Part shown: one piece after another, positions 43,067 through 56,468 of the stretch
Layout of the letters: every line of letters begins with the position of its first letter
Position numbering within the stretch: the first letter of the stretch is position 1
From: Octopus vulgaris
Lineage: Eukaryota
Reading direction: 5' to 3'
Assembly: GCA_951406725.2 (NCBI GenBank)
Contig: OX597822.1
Location: forward strand, 39,804,001-39,868,000
Length of the DNA stretch: 64,000 nt
The notes under the pieces: generated by a model
Seen by the model: only the letters and a program-made list of their open reading frames with translations
Told to the model about the DNA's origin: nothing
The model's database searches: none
Program-made: the position numbers and the translations under genes

Positions 43067-43312
43067 AGCTGGCAGGATCGTTAGCACGCCTGGCGAAAAA
43101 TTTAGCTGTATTTCGTCTGTCTTTACGTTCTGAGTTCAAATTCCGCCGAGGTGGACTTTGCCTTTCATCCTTTCGAGGGCGATAAATTATCGACTGGTAC
43201 CCTCCTCAAAAATTTCGGTCCTTGTACCCAGAGTTGAAAAGAATATTTAGGCGGCAAGCTGGCAGAAACGTTAGCACGCCGAGCAAAATGCTTAGCAGTC
43301 TTTCGTCTGTCT
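43067..43312 (+). mobile_element. SINE family B monomer plus partial second head
   Basis: Family B match. Confidence 0.88.
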
Positions 43313-43772
43313 ATATGATTGAATAAATCTAGCATTATTTGAGAAAGATTTAGCTGTTATTTTCAACAACACAAACTTCTATTGATTCGGTTCGAGTTTA
43401 TTCAATCAGTCGGTGTTAATAGTCTCCCCTGAGAGCGACGGACGTTGAAGCACGGGTTCGAGCACTGCCTAAGACGTCGTAGGAAATATATCGTACTACG
43501 ATTTATTGTTGCTGTTTAGTCCAAGTTCAGTTCTGATACAGTTGAATTACGATCAAATGTTTTCCTGTCGTGACCATTCCATCTATTCTGGAACTGTGTT
43601 GTTCGATGTAGTCTACATTTCGTTGAGGATTTTGGGTTTCTTTTCTGAGCGGTTTTACTGTTATATTAGTTTGTCCTATAGGGGAATCCTCGCTTTATAA
43701 ACTCTCATACCCATGGTTTCTAAACGGAAATATTTCCATAACTTCTTCGTCTCCTTAATCAGCTTTATTGTA

Positions 43773-43984
43773 TTGGGTTAGTGTATAATTATTGCGGCGT
43801 TTTTTCAACAAATTTTATAGGCGTAGGAGTGACTGTGTGGTAAGTAATTTACTTACGAACCACATGGTTCAGGGTTCAGTCCCACTGCGTGGGACCTTGC
43901 GCGAGTGTCTTCTACTATAGCCTCGGGCCGACCAAAGCCTTGTGAGTGGATTTGGTAGACGGAAACTGAAAGAAGCCTGTCGTA

Positions 43985-44039
<55 letters not shown>

Positions 44040-44455
44040 ATATGTTTGTGTGTCTGTGTTTGTTCCCCCAACACCGCTTGACAATCGATGCTGGTGTGTT
44101 TACGTCCCCGTAACTTAGCTGTTCGGCATAAGAGACCGATAGAATAAGTACTAGGCTTAGAAAGAATAAGTCTGGGGTCGATTTGCTCGACTAAAGTCGG
44201 TGCTCCAGCATGGCCACAATCAAATGACCGAAACAAGTAAAAGAGTAAGAGTAACAAAAACAATAACATTATGTAGCAAAAACATGTTTAAATGATTATT
44301 CCGGAGCATATTCACCATCTACTTCAATTACTGTTTCCCATTTATTTGGCATATGGCCAGATTGTCATTTAAAGATGTTTTTGTTAAATATTATCATTGT
44401 TTTTGTTGAATAAAACTTATTGAAAATAAGCCGCAATAATTATGCACCAACCCAA
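43773..44455. mobile_element. Mariner-type MITE carrying a nested family A SINE
   Basis: ~45 bp inverted ends ttgggttagtgtataattattgcggcg / gccgcaataattatgcaccaacccaa with TA on each side. Resembles the Hsmar1-type TIR TTAGGTTGGTGCAAAAGTAATTGCGG. Confidence 0.85.
43817..44253 (+). mobile_element. SINE family A, full length
   Basis: Family A match. Confidence 0.93.
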
Positions 44456-44933
44456 TATGAAAGCTATTTTCTTTTTTTGTACATAACCGTTTAGCTTTCA
44501 CTTGTTCTAGTCATTACACAGTAGCCATGCTGGAGCACCACCTAGAAAGGTTTAAGAGTTTATTCGAACACTTCGACCCCAGTTATTAGTTGATATTTTT
44601 TAAAGCCAGGTACTTATTCTCTCGGTCTTTTTTCCGACTGATAAGTCACAGGAATGAAAATAAACGAACATCGGTTGTCAAGCGGTGGTAGGTAATACAG
44701 TACAAATGCGCGAACACATACACACACGCACACATATGCACGCATGCACACACACACATATGCACGCATGCAAACACACATATGCACGCATGCTCACACA
44801 CACTTAGATGTGTGTGCATGTATGTATATATTTATGTATATATATATATGTATATATGTATGTATATATAAATATATATATATATGCATACATATATATA
44901 TGTATATATCTATATCTATCTATCTATCTATCA

Positions 44934-45029
<96 letters not shown>

Positions 45030-45032
<3 letters not shown>

Positions 45033-45415
45033 CTCAGGAGTGGCTGTCTGGTAAGTAGCTTGCTAACCAACCACATGGTTCCGGGTTCAGTCTCACTGCG
45101 TGGCATCTTGGGCAAGTGTCTTCTGCTATAGCCCCGGGCCGACCAATGCCTCGTGAGTGGATTTGGTAGACGGAAACTGAAAGAAGCCTGTCGTATATAT
45201 ATATATATATATATACATAAGTGTGTGTGTATGTGTTTGTCCCCCCTAGCATTGCTTGACAACCGATGCTGGTGTGTTTACGTCCCCGTCACTTAGTTGT
45301 TCGGCAAACCAGACCGATAGAATAAGTACTGGGCTTACAAAGAATAAATCCCGGGGTTGAATTTGCTCGACTAAAGGCGGTGCTCCAACATGACCGCAGT
45401 CAACTGACTGAAACA
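45030..45415 (+). mobile_element. SINE family A, full length
   Basis: Family A match. Confidence 0.93.
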
Positions 45416-45421
45416 TTTAAA

Positions 45422-45499
<78 letters not shown>

Positions 45500-45506
<7 letters not shown>

Positions 45507-45850
45507 GAATTTACCAAAAACAATAGACGAAGACGGGTGTGTAAACAACAAACAGATGTATTAGTTTAACGCTCGGGAAGTGAGACAGACTTTTACGTTT
45601 CGAGCCTACGCTCTTCGGCAGAAAGAAACACAGAAATAAACAAGGAGAGAAAATTGAAAAAAGGGTTAGTGGCTAACGGACATTAAAAATAACAATAAGA
45701 AACGATAAGAGAACGTGCACATGGAATGTATTTGTTTGATGTACGGTAAAAAGAGAGTTTTTGACGTTTCTAGCATAAATCTTCGTCGGAAAGAAAAACA
45801 GAATAAGCTAAAGAAGGAAAAACAATCGCCAACAACACGTGTGTTGTTAC
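45500..45850 (-). mobile_element. Penelope-like terminal repeat with two tandem hammerhead-like motifs (45590-45625, 45759-45792)
   Basis: cttt CTGCCGA a gagc gtag gctc GAAA CG TA aaag and ttt CCGACGA agatttatgcta GAAA CG TC aaa. Confidence 0.6.
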
Positions 45851-45865
45851 ATATACATACATTAC

Positions 45866-45904
<39 letters not shown>

Positions 45905-46286
45905 AATAGGTGGGTTTCAGTTTCCGTCTATCAAATCAACTCAGATGGCTTTGGTCAGCCTGGGATTAAAGTAGAAGACACACACCTAAGGTTCCGCTTT
46001 ACAGGACTGATCAAACGACCCCATGATTGGAAACTAAGTTCTTTTAACCTACACCCACACCTGCGCCTATATAACGATTCTGTTATGTTTGTCATTTGTC
46101 ACAACTGATTTCATTCATGGCTTAATCATGTGACTGACAAGAGCCATAACATATCATAGAGCATAGCATCTATGACATGATATGAACAGACAGTTCTATG
46201 GGGGAAGACATCACAGCTATGATTAGGCTGTCTTTTATTCTGACATTGTGCTGGATGGATTCTCCGTCATTCTCGATGATATATAT

Positions 46287-46454
46287 AGGCGTAGGAGTGG
46301 CTGTGCGGTAAGTAGCTTGCTTACGAACCACATGGTTCCGGGTTCAGTGCCACTGCGTGGCACCTTGGGCAAGTGTCTTCTACTATATATAGCCTCGGTC
46401 TGACCAAAGGCTTGTGAGTGGATTTGGTAGACGGAAACTGAAAGAAGCCCATCG

Positions 46455-46508
<54 letters not shown>

Positions 46509-46713
46509 TTGTGTGTCTGTGTTTGTCCACCCAACATCACTTGACAACAGATGCTGGTGTGTTTCGCTCCCCGTAACTTAGCGGTTCGACCGATAGAATA
46601 AGTACTAGGCTTACAAAGAATAAGTCCTGGGATCGATTTGCTCGACTAAAGTCGCTGCACCAGCATGACCACAGTCAAATGACTGAAACAACTAAAAGAG
46701 TACAAGAGTAAAA
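46287..46713 (+). mobile_element. SINE family A, full length
   Basis: Family A match. Confidence 0.92.
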
Positions 46714-46937
46714 GATGAACAATAGGTCGTTTGATGAAAAGAATCAAATGGATTCCTCTTCATGCTCGCGCTAGAGGCTGACTCTTCACGCAACTAGACT
46801 GAATTAGACTGAATCGAACACCCTGTACAGGCCGTTCGGGTAAATGCGATAATTTGCATGAAAGGAAAAGAAAACATAATCTTCCATAAATAAATGTATG
46901 TATCTAAAAAAACAAACAAAAATCTCCCAAACATATA

Positions 46938-47692
46938 TAGGCACACAAGTAGCTGTGGTGAGAAGCTTGCTTCTCAACCACATGGTTCCGGATTCAGTCC
47001 CTTTGTATGACACCTTGGTCAAGTTTTTTCTACTTTAGCCTCGGGCCAACCAAAGCCTTGGGAGAGGATTTGGTAAACGGAAACTGAAATAAGCAAGGCG
47101 ACGTGATGGCAGAAACAGTACGCCGAGCGAAATGCTTAGCTGTATTTCGTCTGCCCCTACGTTCTGAGTTCAAATTCCGCCTTTGCCGTTCATCCTTTCG
47201 GGGTCGATAAAATAAGTACCAGTTACGCACTGGGGTCGATATAATCGATTTAATCCGTTTGTCTGTCCTTGTTTATCCTCTCTGTGTTTAGCCCCTTGTG
47301 GGTAGTGAAGAAATAGGTATTTCGTCTACCGTTACGTTCTGAGTTCAAATTCCGCCGAGGTCGACTTTGCCTTTCATCCTTTCGTGGTCGATTAAATAAG
47401 TACCAGTTACACACTGGGGTCGATATAATAGACTTAATCCGTTTGTCTGTTCTTGTTTGTCCTCTCTGTGTTTAGCCCCTTGTGGGCAGTAAAGAAATAA
47501 GAAACGTTCGCTCGCCGGGCGAAATGCTTAGCAGTATTTCGTCTACCGTTACGTTCTGAGTTCAAATTCCGCTGAGGCCGACTTTGCCTTTCATCCTTTC
47601 AGAGTCGATAAATTAAGTACCAGTTGCGTACTGGAGTCGATCTAATCGACTGGCTTCCTCCACCAAAATGTGCCTAGAGTAGAAAAGATTAA
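46938..47692 (+). mobile_element. Family A 5' half followed by family B trimer
   Basis: A head at 46938-47092. Three B cores at 47095-47692 ending gtgcctagagtagaaaagatt. Confidence 0.9.
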
Positions 47693-48639
47693 TTTCATTA
47701 AAGAATTTCTCAATCAGGAATCGAGTGTTTCGCTGTCTTATTTTACTTTTGACAGGAATCCTTGAATGCACTGCTGTCAGATACAGCTGCACATTGTTTC
47801 AGTTTATAATTACTCGTCATCACTTACATCTTACAGATTCTTAGCATGATAATTAAATAGAGAAAGTTTGCTAGGCACCACATTCATCCAGTCTGCTAAT
47901 GCCGCCTTCTTGCATTGCTTCGCCCTCAGCCGTCCTACACGATCATAATGCTAGACTTGACTTAATGAGTGATACTTAAAAACTTTGCAGACAATAACCT
48001 TCTCAAGTGCCTACCAAAGAAATACTAGACATATCTGCTATGAATGGGATGCCCCCTAAATTACAGACAACAGACAAATCAAACCCTTTTTTTTTGTTGC
48101 GTGTGCTTGGTAACCATGTGAGAACAACAGTCTACTTGAACGCTGTAGTTGATTTTCAGTTTCATCGAAAATGAATCCGGAAAAGTAGCTCAAAACCCTG
48201 GTTTGTTCTGTAAACCACATAATCTGATGGACTTTCATTTTACTCACGATATCGGCTCCAAACGACCATTCGTTTGTGGTGTGTCACGCAGCTGATTAGC
48301 ACTATGCTCCGCCAATCATTTATAAGCTGCAGCACGTTTCGCTTTTCGCAGGTTCCTAGCTACGAACGCAGTTTCTTCCTGCAGCTTTCGTAACATGATT
48401 TAAACAAACAGAATTCGCAACGGATCTAACTTGCTTTCGTTGCCAAGCGAACTCGAGCCAGTTAATAAAATATCGAGCGAATCCACGCCGGATAATAAAA
48501 GTCTCTAATAAATAATAAAAGACACACAGATTCTTTTATATCTGCATACTTATTAAAAATTCTTTTCCTGAATTTCTCCCATTTACTAAACCTTATTCTG
48601 CAGCACATACTTTATTTAGGATTGCATTAATATCCTTTA

Positions 48640-48688
<49 letters not shown>

Positions 48689-48699
48689 TCTTTCTTCAA

Positions 48700-48888
48700 T
48701 TCTTTTACTTGTTTCAGTCATTTGACTGCGGCCATGCAGGAGCACTGCCTTTAGTCGAGCAAATCTATCCCAGAACTTATTCTTTGGAAGTCTAGTACTT
48801 ATTCTATCAGTCTCGTTTTGCCGGACCACTAAGTTACGGATACGTAAACACACCAGCATCGGTTTGTCAAGCGATGCTGGGAGTACAA

Positions 48889-48965
<77 letters not shown>

Positions 48966-49108
48966 CATACCAAATCCACTCACAAGGCTTTGGTCGTCCC
49001 CGAGGCTACAGTAGAAAACACTTGCCCAAGGTGCTACGCAGTGGGACTGAACCCGGAACCATATGGTTGGTAAGCAAGCTACTTACCACACAGCCACTCC
49101 TACGCCTA
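48700..49108 (-). mobile_element. SINE family A
   Basis: Family A match; its head begins ~12 nt downstream of the 5S 3' end. Confidence 0.92.
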
Positions 49109-49120
49109 TAAATGTGTGAC

Positions 49121-49239
49121 GCTTACAGCTCCTAGGTTTCCCAAGCAGTCACCCATCTAAGTACTAACTAGGCTCGACGTTGCTTAACTTTGGTGATCGG
49201 ACGAGAACGAGGTGCTTTCAGCGTAATATGGCCGTAAGC
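49121..49239 (-). rRNA. 5S rRNA: Full-length (119 nt) 5S rRNA copy, probably a dispersed pseudogene or variant
   Basis: Minus strand GCTTACGGCCATATTACGCTGAAAGCACCTCGTTCTCGTCCGATCACCAAAGTTAAGCAACGTCGAGCCTAGTTAGTACTTAGATGGGTGACTGCTTGGGAAACCTAGGAGCTGTAAGC. Terminal helix pairs and box A/C are recognisable. No T4+ terminator follows. Confidence 0.93.
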
Positions 49240-49636
49240 CATATCTGCATACTTATTAAGAATTCCTTTTCCTGAATTTCTCCCATTTACTAAACCTTGT
49301 TTTGCTGTACATAATTTATTTAGGATTGCATTATTATTCTTTAACATAAATTTTTAAAATATTTTCTTTCTCTTTTTTTTTTCCGTGATAATCTAAAACT
49401 TGACCATTACCAGAAACGTTCTGAAATCAGAAATTTACAACCCCCTTCCTCACCCCCTCAAAGAAAAATGATAATAAACATGTAAGAATTCGCTTTCATG
49501 CAAAATATAGATGTACTTGAATTAAAGCATAAAACGACATCAATGCTGGATTTTCCGCTTATATGACGCATCGTAGAATAATAATCCTACAAATATATTG
49601 GAACATTTTTTTTAACAAAATCTATACTTTTTCTGA

Positions 49637-49637
<1 letters not shown>

Positions 49638-49693
<56 letters not shown>

Positions 49694-50031
49694 GCTGTTG
49701 TTGTTGTTGTTGTTGTTGTTGTTCTTGTTCTTCTTCTTCTTCTTCTTCTTCTTCTTGTTCTTCTTCTTTTTGTTGTTGTTGTTGTTATTGTTATTTTTGT
49801 TGTTGCTGTGGTCGTTGTTGTTGTTGTTAATATTTTTGTATTGTCATCCTCAAGAAACGGCACCGCGATCAATATCGAAGCATAAAGAATATTTTTACCA
49901 ATATCGTAACCAGTACGAAGAACCTGATGACGTTGGTGACGACGACAACGGCGGCGGCGGCGGCGATGAGGATGATGATGATGATGATGACGACGGTGAT
50001 GGCGATGATGATAATGATGTTGCTCTGTAGC

Positions 50032-50063
<32 letters not shown>

Positions 50064-50183
50064 ATGACGATGATAATGATGACGACGACGACGATGTCGA
50101 TGGTGGTGATGACGATGATGTCGATGATGGTGATAATGATGAGGACAATGATGGCAGTGATGGTGATGATGATGGTGGTGAGT

Positions 50184-50214
<31 letters not shown>

Positions 50215-51070
50215 GGGGGGGGGGACCTGATGACAGTGACGGTGGTGATGATGGCGGCGGTGAGTATGTGTCGTCAATCTCAGTCAACAACTGTTATTTT
50301 GTTTCGGTATATATGTGAAGGTTGGGTTTCGTTCTTAAAGGCAGTTGTCATGGCAAAAACCATTTCATTTTGTCATTCTGATGTGAGTATTATGCACTCG
50401 CTGCCACCACCACCACCACCACCACCACCACCACCACCACCACCACCACCACTTCCAACTGCAACAACAGCAACAACAACAACAAAATAACGAGACTTGT
50501 AACTAAATCTATCGAGATAAAAAGAACAACTGCCACAAAAATGAACAGCTGCAGCCAAGAACATCATACACAGTTGCACATAAACAACTGCAACAATAAC
50601 AACAACAAGAGTTAAACAGCAAAAACGAAACAAACAAAAAAATAAAGAAAATACAGTGAAGCCTGCAACAACAAAAGCAATGATTACAATAACTAGAACA
50701 ACAACTAGAGCAATAACAACAACAACAACAACTATATAAATAAAGGCAAGTAATAACAATGGCATCAAAAGTTTAATAGTAAAAACATAAAAATAAGCTA
50801 AAGCTGCAACAAAAGAAAATATTAACGGCAACAACAACAACAACAACAACGATAACGAAAGCGGTTATGACGACCAGATCAACAATGACAGTAACACCAT
50901 CAACAAGAACAAGATCAACAATAACAACGTCATCAACAACAACAACAACAACAGCATCAACAATAACAACAACGGTACGGACAACGACGGCGGCGACAAA
51001 AGCTAAACGAGGACGTCAACAATAATCGCAACGACGTTGTAAACAATAATTACTACTACTGCTACTACTA

Positions 51071-51121
<51 letters not shown>

Positions 51122-51142
51122 ATGATGCAACTACTACTACTA

Positions 51143-51175
<33 letters not shown>

Positions 51176-51521
51176 TTGCTGCTGTTGCTGCTACTGCTGC
51201 TACCACCATCAGCACACTACTACTGCAACCACAACAGCAACAACAATTACTACACTACTACCACTACTATTACAACTATACTACCACAACTACTGCCACC
51301 GCTACTACTACCACCACCACCACTACTACTACTAGTATTACCACCACCATAAATACACTACTGCTACAACAACAACAACAACTACTACCACTACTAACCT
51401 ACAACTACTACTGCTACTACCTTTTCTACCACCACCACCGCCGGCACACACGGACACTGCTACCACCACTACCACTACTACTTATAACACTATCACCATA
51501 CTACTAATACTACCACCACCA

Positions 51522-51561
<40 letters not shown>

Positions 51562-51780
51562 GCTGCTGCTGCTACTACTACTACTGCTACTACTACTAAC
51601 GCCACCACCCCAGTGCAAAGTTCTAAGAATGTTGGTGAAATAGCCTAGATTTAGAATTTAAAAGAATTTCAAATTTATCCTTCGTAATATTGGAACCGCT
51701 GCTGATAATGGTAATGTTGCTGCTGCTGCTGCTGCTGCTGTTGTTGTTGTCGTTGTTGTTGCTGTTGCTGTCATTGATTG
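49638..51780. repeat. Extended compound trinucleotide region (ATT, GTT, CTT, GAT, CAC, AAC, CTA, CTG)
   Basis: Directly visible. Confidence 0.92.
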
Positions 51781-52006
51781 ATTACAATTATGTTTCTTTT
51801 TTTTATAGATATATTCTCTCCATATTTACTGCCATTCTTGTGTTCTTCGTTGACGTAAGAAATGTTTTAATTGAATCTGGCATTTCAGATATTCAAAAGC
51901 GAATTAGAAACACATACTTTTGATGTGTGCGTGCATATGTGTGGGTGCGTGCATGTGTGTGTGATGTATGTATATACATATATAGGTACTATACTATAAA
52001 ATGCAC

Positions 52007-52037
<31 letters not shown>

Positions 52038-52184
52038 GCATACACATACATACATACACACAAATATGTATACACACACACATATACATATATATATATA
52101 TATACATACATACATACATGCATAAATACATACGCACATATATATATATGTGTGTGTGTCTGTGTCTGTGTATATATATATAAA

Positions 52185-52279
<95 letters not shown>

Positions 52280-52705
52280 CTATATATATATATATATATA
52301 ACTTAGGCACACACAGACACAAGACAAACATGCATGTGCGCATACACTTGCGTAATACATACATACACACACACATACATACATACATACATACATACAT
52401 ACATACATACATACATACATACATACATACATACATACATACATGCGTAGGTTGTTTTATAGCATTTAAACAGCCGGCAATGGAATGAATGCTTAGACTT
52501 CATAACCAAAATATAAGAACAACAAAAGACTGTGTAGAAATTTTATGTGAAATAGCTCCACCAGAATTGAATTAGAAAAAGAAAAACAAAAGGTGGGAGA
52601 AGATACTTAAAAGAACCTTAGACAAATCTGAGTCTGGCTGATTTTATCACGTGGTATACGTTCTGTACTATCGGTTATAAGTCTGCGAATGATACTAAAA
52701 CGTCC

Positions 52706-52744
52706 AATTCCAAATTGGCGTCCACCTGACGCCAATTTGGAATT
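52706..52744. other. Perfect 17 bp hairpin with 5 nt loop
   Basis: aattccaaattggcgtc cacct gacgccaatttggaatt. Confidence 0.9.
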
Positions 52745-53050
52745 CTCTTTGTAATTGTTCGATCTGCGAGAAATAACAGCTAGATCATTTCACTTTAATC
52801 ACGCTGAAGAAAGAAAAGAACTACATGAATGTAACTTTGGATAACTTACTCCGAGATACACTATGGTCGAAATAAAAGGGGAAAAAAAGGGGTTTAGAAA
52901 CAATGTTTGTGACTGGAATGCTTTTTGATAAGAGTTAGGCTGATAATAAACGATATTAGCCACCACCACCACCACAACCACTAACAACGACGATGAAGAC
53001 AACAGGGCAACAACAATCACAAGAACAAGAAAATGTACAACGGCAAGAAG

Positions 53051-53122
<72 letters not shown>

Positions 53123-53149
53123 AATGATAATAATAATAATAACAATAAC

Positions 53150-53194
<45 letters not shown>

Positions 53195-53478
53195 CTATTG
53201 GAATGTGGAATCTAAAAACAGAAACAATCCCTATCATAGTAGGTGCATTAGACATGATAAAAAAAATATTCAGACAAATACATAACAAAAACACCAGGAC
53301 TTACAAACACATATAACAAACAGAAAATTGCACTACTGGGCACTGCACACATCCTACGCAGAACACTTTCCATACAATGACCATCAGAGCATCACAACAA
53401 ATCACAGCACATACCCAAGGCACACAGAGCTGCGCTCGGTAGTGAAGTGAAAGCACGCTAAAAAAATAAAACTACTGA
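53195..53478 (+). pseudogene. 3' end of an R4/Dong-like retrotransposon within (TAA)n
   Basis: MWNLKTETIPIIVGALDMIKK...KIALLGTAHILRRTLSIQ*, then a 3' UTR. (AAT)n on both sides. Confidence 0.8.
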
Positions 53479-53496
53479 ATAATAATAATAATAATA

Positions 53497-53577
<81 letters not shown>

Positions 53578-53613
53578 AAGAAGAAGAGCAACAGCTTCAA
53601 CAACGATGACAGC

Positions 53614-53645
<32 letters not shown>

Positions 53646-53991
53646 CCAGAACAACGACAACAGCAAGAAGGTCCTTGTGGTCTTTGGCCTAGAGCAACGT
53701 TCACTCTGTTGCAAGCATTCGGACGAGAGGTCCATTGTTCTCTTAACGAATTTTATACCAGATCTGAGATCGACGTCCAGCCTTACAAGATCACAATGGT
53801 ACTTTTGATCGAGATCGACTAGATGAATCTTAAAACGGAGAATTTTAACTCAGAACCCAGACAATTAGAGCAAACGAAACGCTACATTCTTCTCTGATAC
53901 TTTACCAGCTCAGTCAATAAATTATATTCTATCCTCTCCTTCCAGTTCCACTCAAGCCATTGGTAGCTTTAGTTGGGCCGGAAGGAGAGGA

Positions 53992-54222
53992 TGGCGAGCT
54001 GGCAGACACGTTAGCACGCCGGGCGAAATGCGTAGCCGTATTTCGTCTGCGGTTACGTTCTGAGTTCAAATTCCGCCGAGATCGACATTGCCTTTCATCC
54101 TTTCGGGGTCGATAAATTAAGTACCAGTTACGCACTGGGGTCTATATAATCGGCTTAATCCGTTTGTCTGTCCTTGTTTGTCCCCTCTGTGTTTAGCCCC
54201 TTGTGGGTAGTAAAGAAATAAA
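53992..54222 (+). mobile_element. SINE family B monomer flanked by a ~40 bp duplication
   Basis: ctcaagccattggtagct...gggccggaaggagagga at ~53950-53991 and 54271-54311. Confidence 0.9.
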
Positions 54223-55923
54223 TATAATTAATTGACTGAGATGGTAAAGTATCGGAGAAGAATGCAGCGTCTCAAGCCATTGGTAGCTATCGTAGGGCCG
54301 GAAGGAGAGGACTGATTGTGGAGAGCGGGAGGAATAAATATGTGTGAGTGGAGAGTGATTAACTGAAAGTAATAGGAAAAGATCCATCTCCTACGAGGAA
54401 AACGAAGGTCGTTGCTGTAAAAAGTAGCACCGCTCCAGACGTATACAGATGTAGGAACTGTATATCATTGTAGGTTTCACTTGAACTTTGTTAAGAGTTA
54501 GTAATTGTTGAGGTCTGTAGAATGTTTTGGCTCTGAAGATACATATTTGCTATTATGAAGATCATCAAGAGTGGTGTTATCACCATACACTTGTTTTTTT
54601 CAAAAAGTATTTCCATAGCCATTGGCACTGATGTACTTTCTGGTCTAGTTCCATCTCTCAAAACGTGTCGCTTGTTTTCTTTGTTTCTCTGTTGAATTTC
54701 GTGTTAATCATAAATCATTTTTTTCTAATGATTTCTTTCCTTGAACTGCTGCTCTCTCGAACTCCTCCCCATCGTCTTCTTGTCCCTTGGCCTTTGCTAT
54801 TCTGTCTTTTAAGCTTCCTGTCAATCAACATCTTATGAATTTGTAGGCTCCGTCTTTCCTTTTTTTCTTTATAGTCCCATACACTACACTGGTTTCAAGC
54901 CTTGTTGGGGACAGAATCGTTAAAATAAAACATTGAGGGTCCTTGTATCGCACGGTTTAGGGGTTGGGATGGAATGAAATGTGATGATGTTTTCTCGGTA
55001 TGTGCAGTGATTATGTTGTTAGAAAACATTCTGCAATGAGGAGAATTGGCATGACCTGATTAGGAAATGTTTTCGACAACACTCTCAATGGAATCAGTGT
55101 GGGTTTGGGGCGAGATTTCTAGCTTAAATGTAGGGTTAGAATCAGGGTGTGGAAAGTTAGGGATGAATGATTAACATCAATTGCTTAATTTGGGCGTTGT
55201 TTGATGTTAAGATAAAACAAGTCTTGTTATATAGGACATAAGTTTAACTGACAAAATAAAACCTGGCGGCACATAAGAATTAATAAGCTTGTGAACGGAG
55301 GAGAGCTGTATCGATGATGGCGACGATGTGCTCCGACAGGGCGCCACCGATCCAAATAACATGCGACGGATCGAACCAAATCGTAGACAGTTTTGCTTGA
55401 AGATTCGCATGCTAGATACGGTCCACGCTTTCTGACATTAAGGTCAATAACACTGCTTTTGCCAAAGTATTCATGAAAACACATCAAATGTATTTAAAAT
55501 GATAACGTAGAGATTTAGTTTTTGACTTCATTTCACGCAATATTACAGAAATAAAAGCACCACAAACTGATCCACTAAACTAAATCCCACCCCAAACTTG
55601 TTATATTTGTCTGAAATATTTACATTACTGTTGAAAATGTTCAAGTATAAAATGTCACTTTCGTCTTTAAGAAATACATTTTCTACCCAGCATGCAGTCA
55701 CGACATTGTGAACTCGTGATGTCAGAGAAAATACTGTAGGAAATGGACAACCGGAGGGGGCTATGGAATTTTTTACGGTCTCCGTATACTCTTGGGATAT
55801 ATTTTCAACACATAGATGCATACCATCCGCCCCATCCCCGCTATCTCTCTTTTTGTCTTTCTGTGTTTTTGTATCTCTGCCACACTCTGTTAATGTCTTT
55901 ACTTCCTTTCTTTCTTTTCTCTT

Positions 55924-56050
<127 letters not shown>

Positions 56051-56334
56051 CATATATATATATGTAAATATACATATATTATGCCTATATATATTATATA
56101 TATGTAGATTTAGATATAGATATAGATATATAGATAGATAGATAGATAGATAGATATAGATATTATATATATATATATATATATATATACATACACATAC
56201 ACGTACATACATACATACGTACGTACGTATGTATGTATGTATGTACGTGTATGTATGTATATATATATATATATATCTATATCTATCTATCTCTATCTAT
56301 ATATCTATATATCTATATCTATATCTAAATCTAC

Positions 56335-56395
<61 letters not shown>

Positions 56396-56417
56396 CTATC
56401 TATATCTATATCTATAT

Positions 56418-56468
<51 letters not shown>

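Larger units (their letters stand above)
48538..49345 (+). repeat. ~100 bp direct repeat (48538-48640, 49241-49345) bracketing SINE A plus 5S
   Basis: atatctgcatacttattaa...tttatttaggattgcatta is present twice, with about 10 differences by eye. Confidence 0.92.

Noticed and set aside
47700-48500. Possible transposase remnant or CCAAT/TATA promoter (ccgccaatcatttataag)
   Set aside because: No TIRs, no diagnostic protein motif and no downstream ORF that I can support.
49121-49239. Functional 5S rDNA array unit
   Set aside because: Single copy, no oligo-T terminator, no repeated spacer and apparent substitutions relative to typical metazoan 5S.
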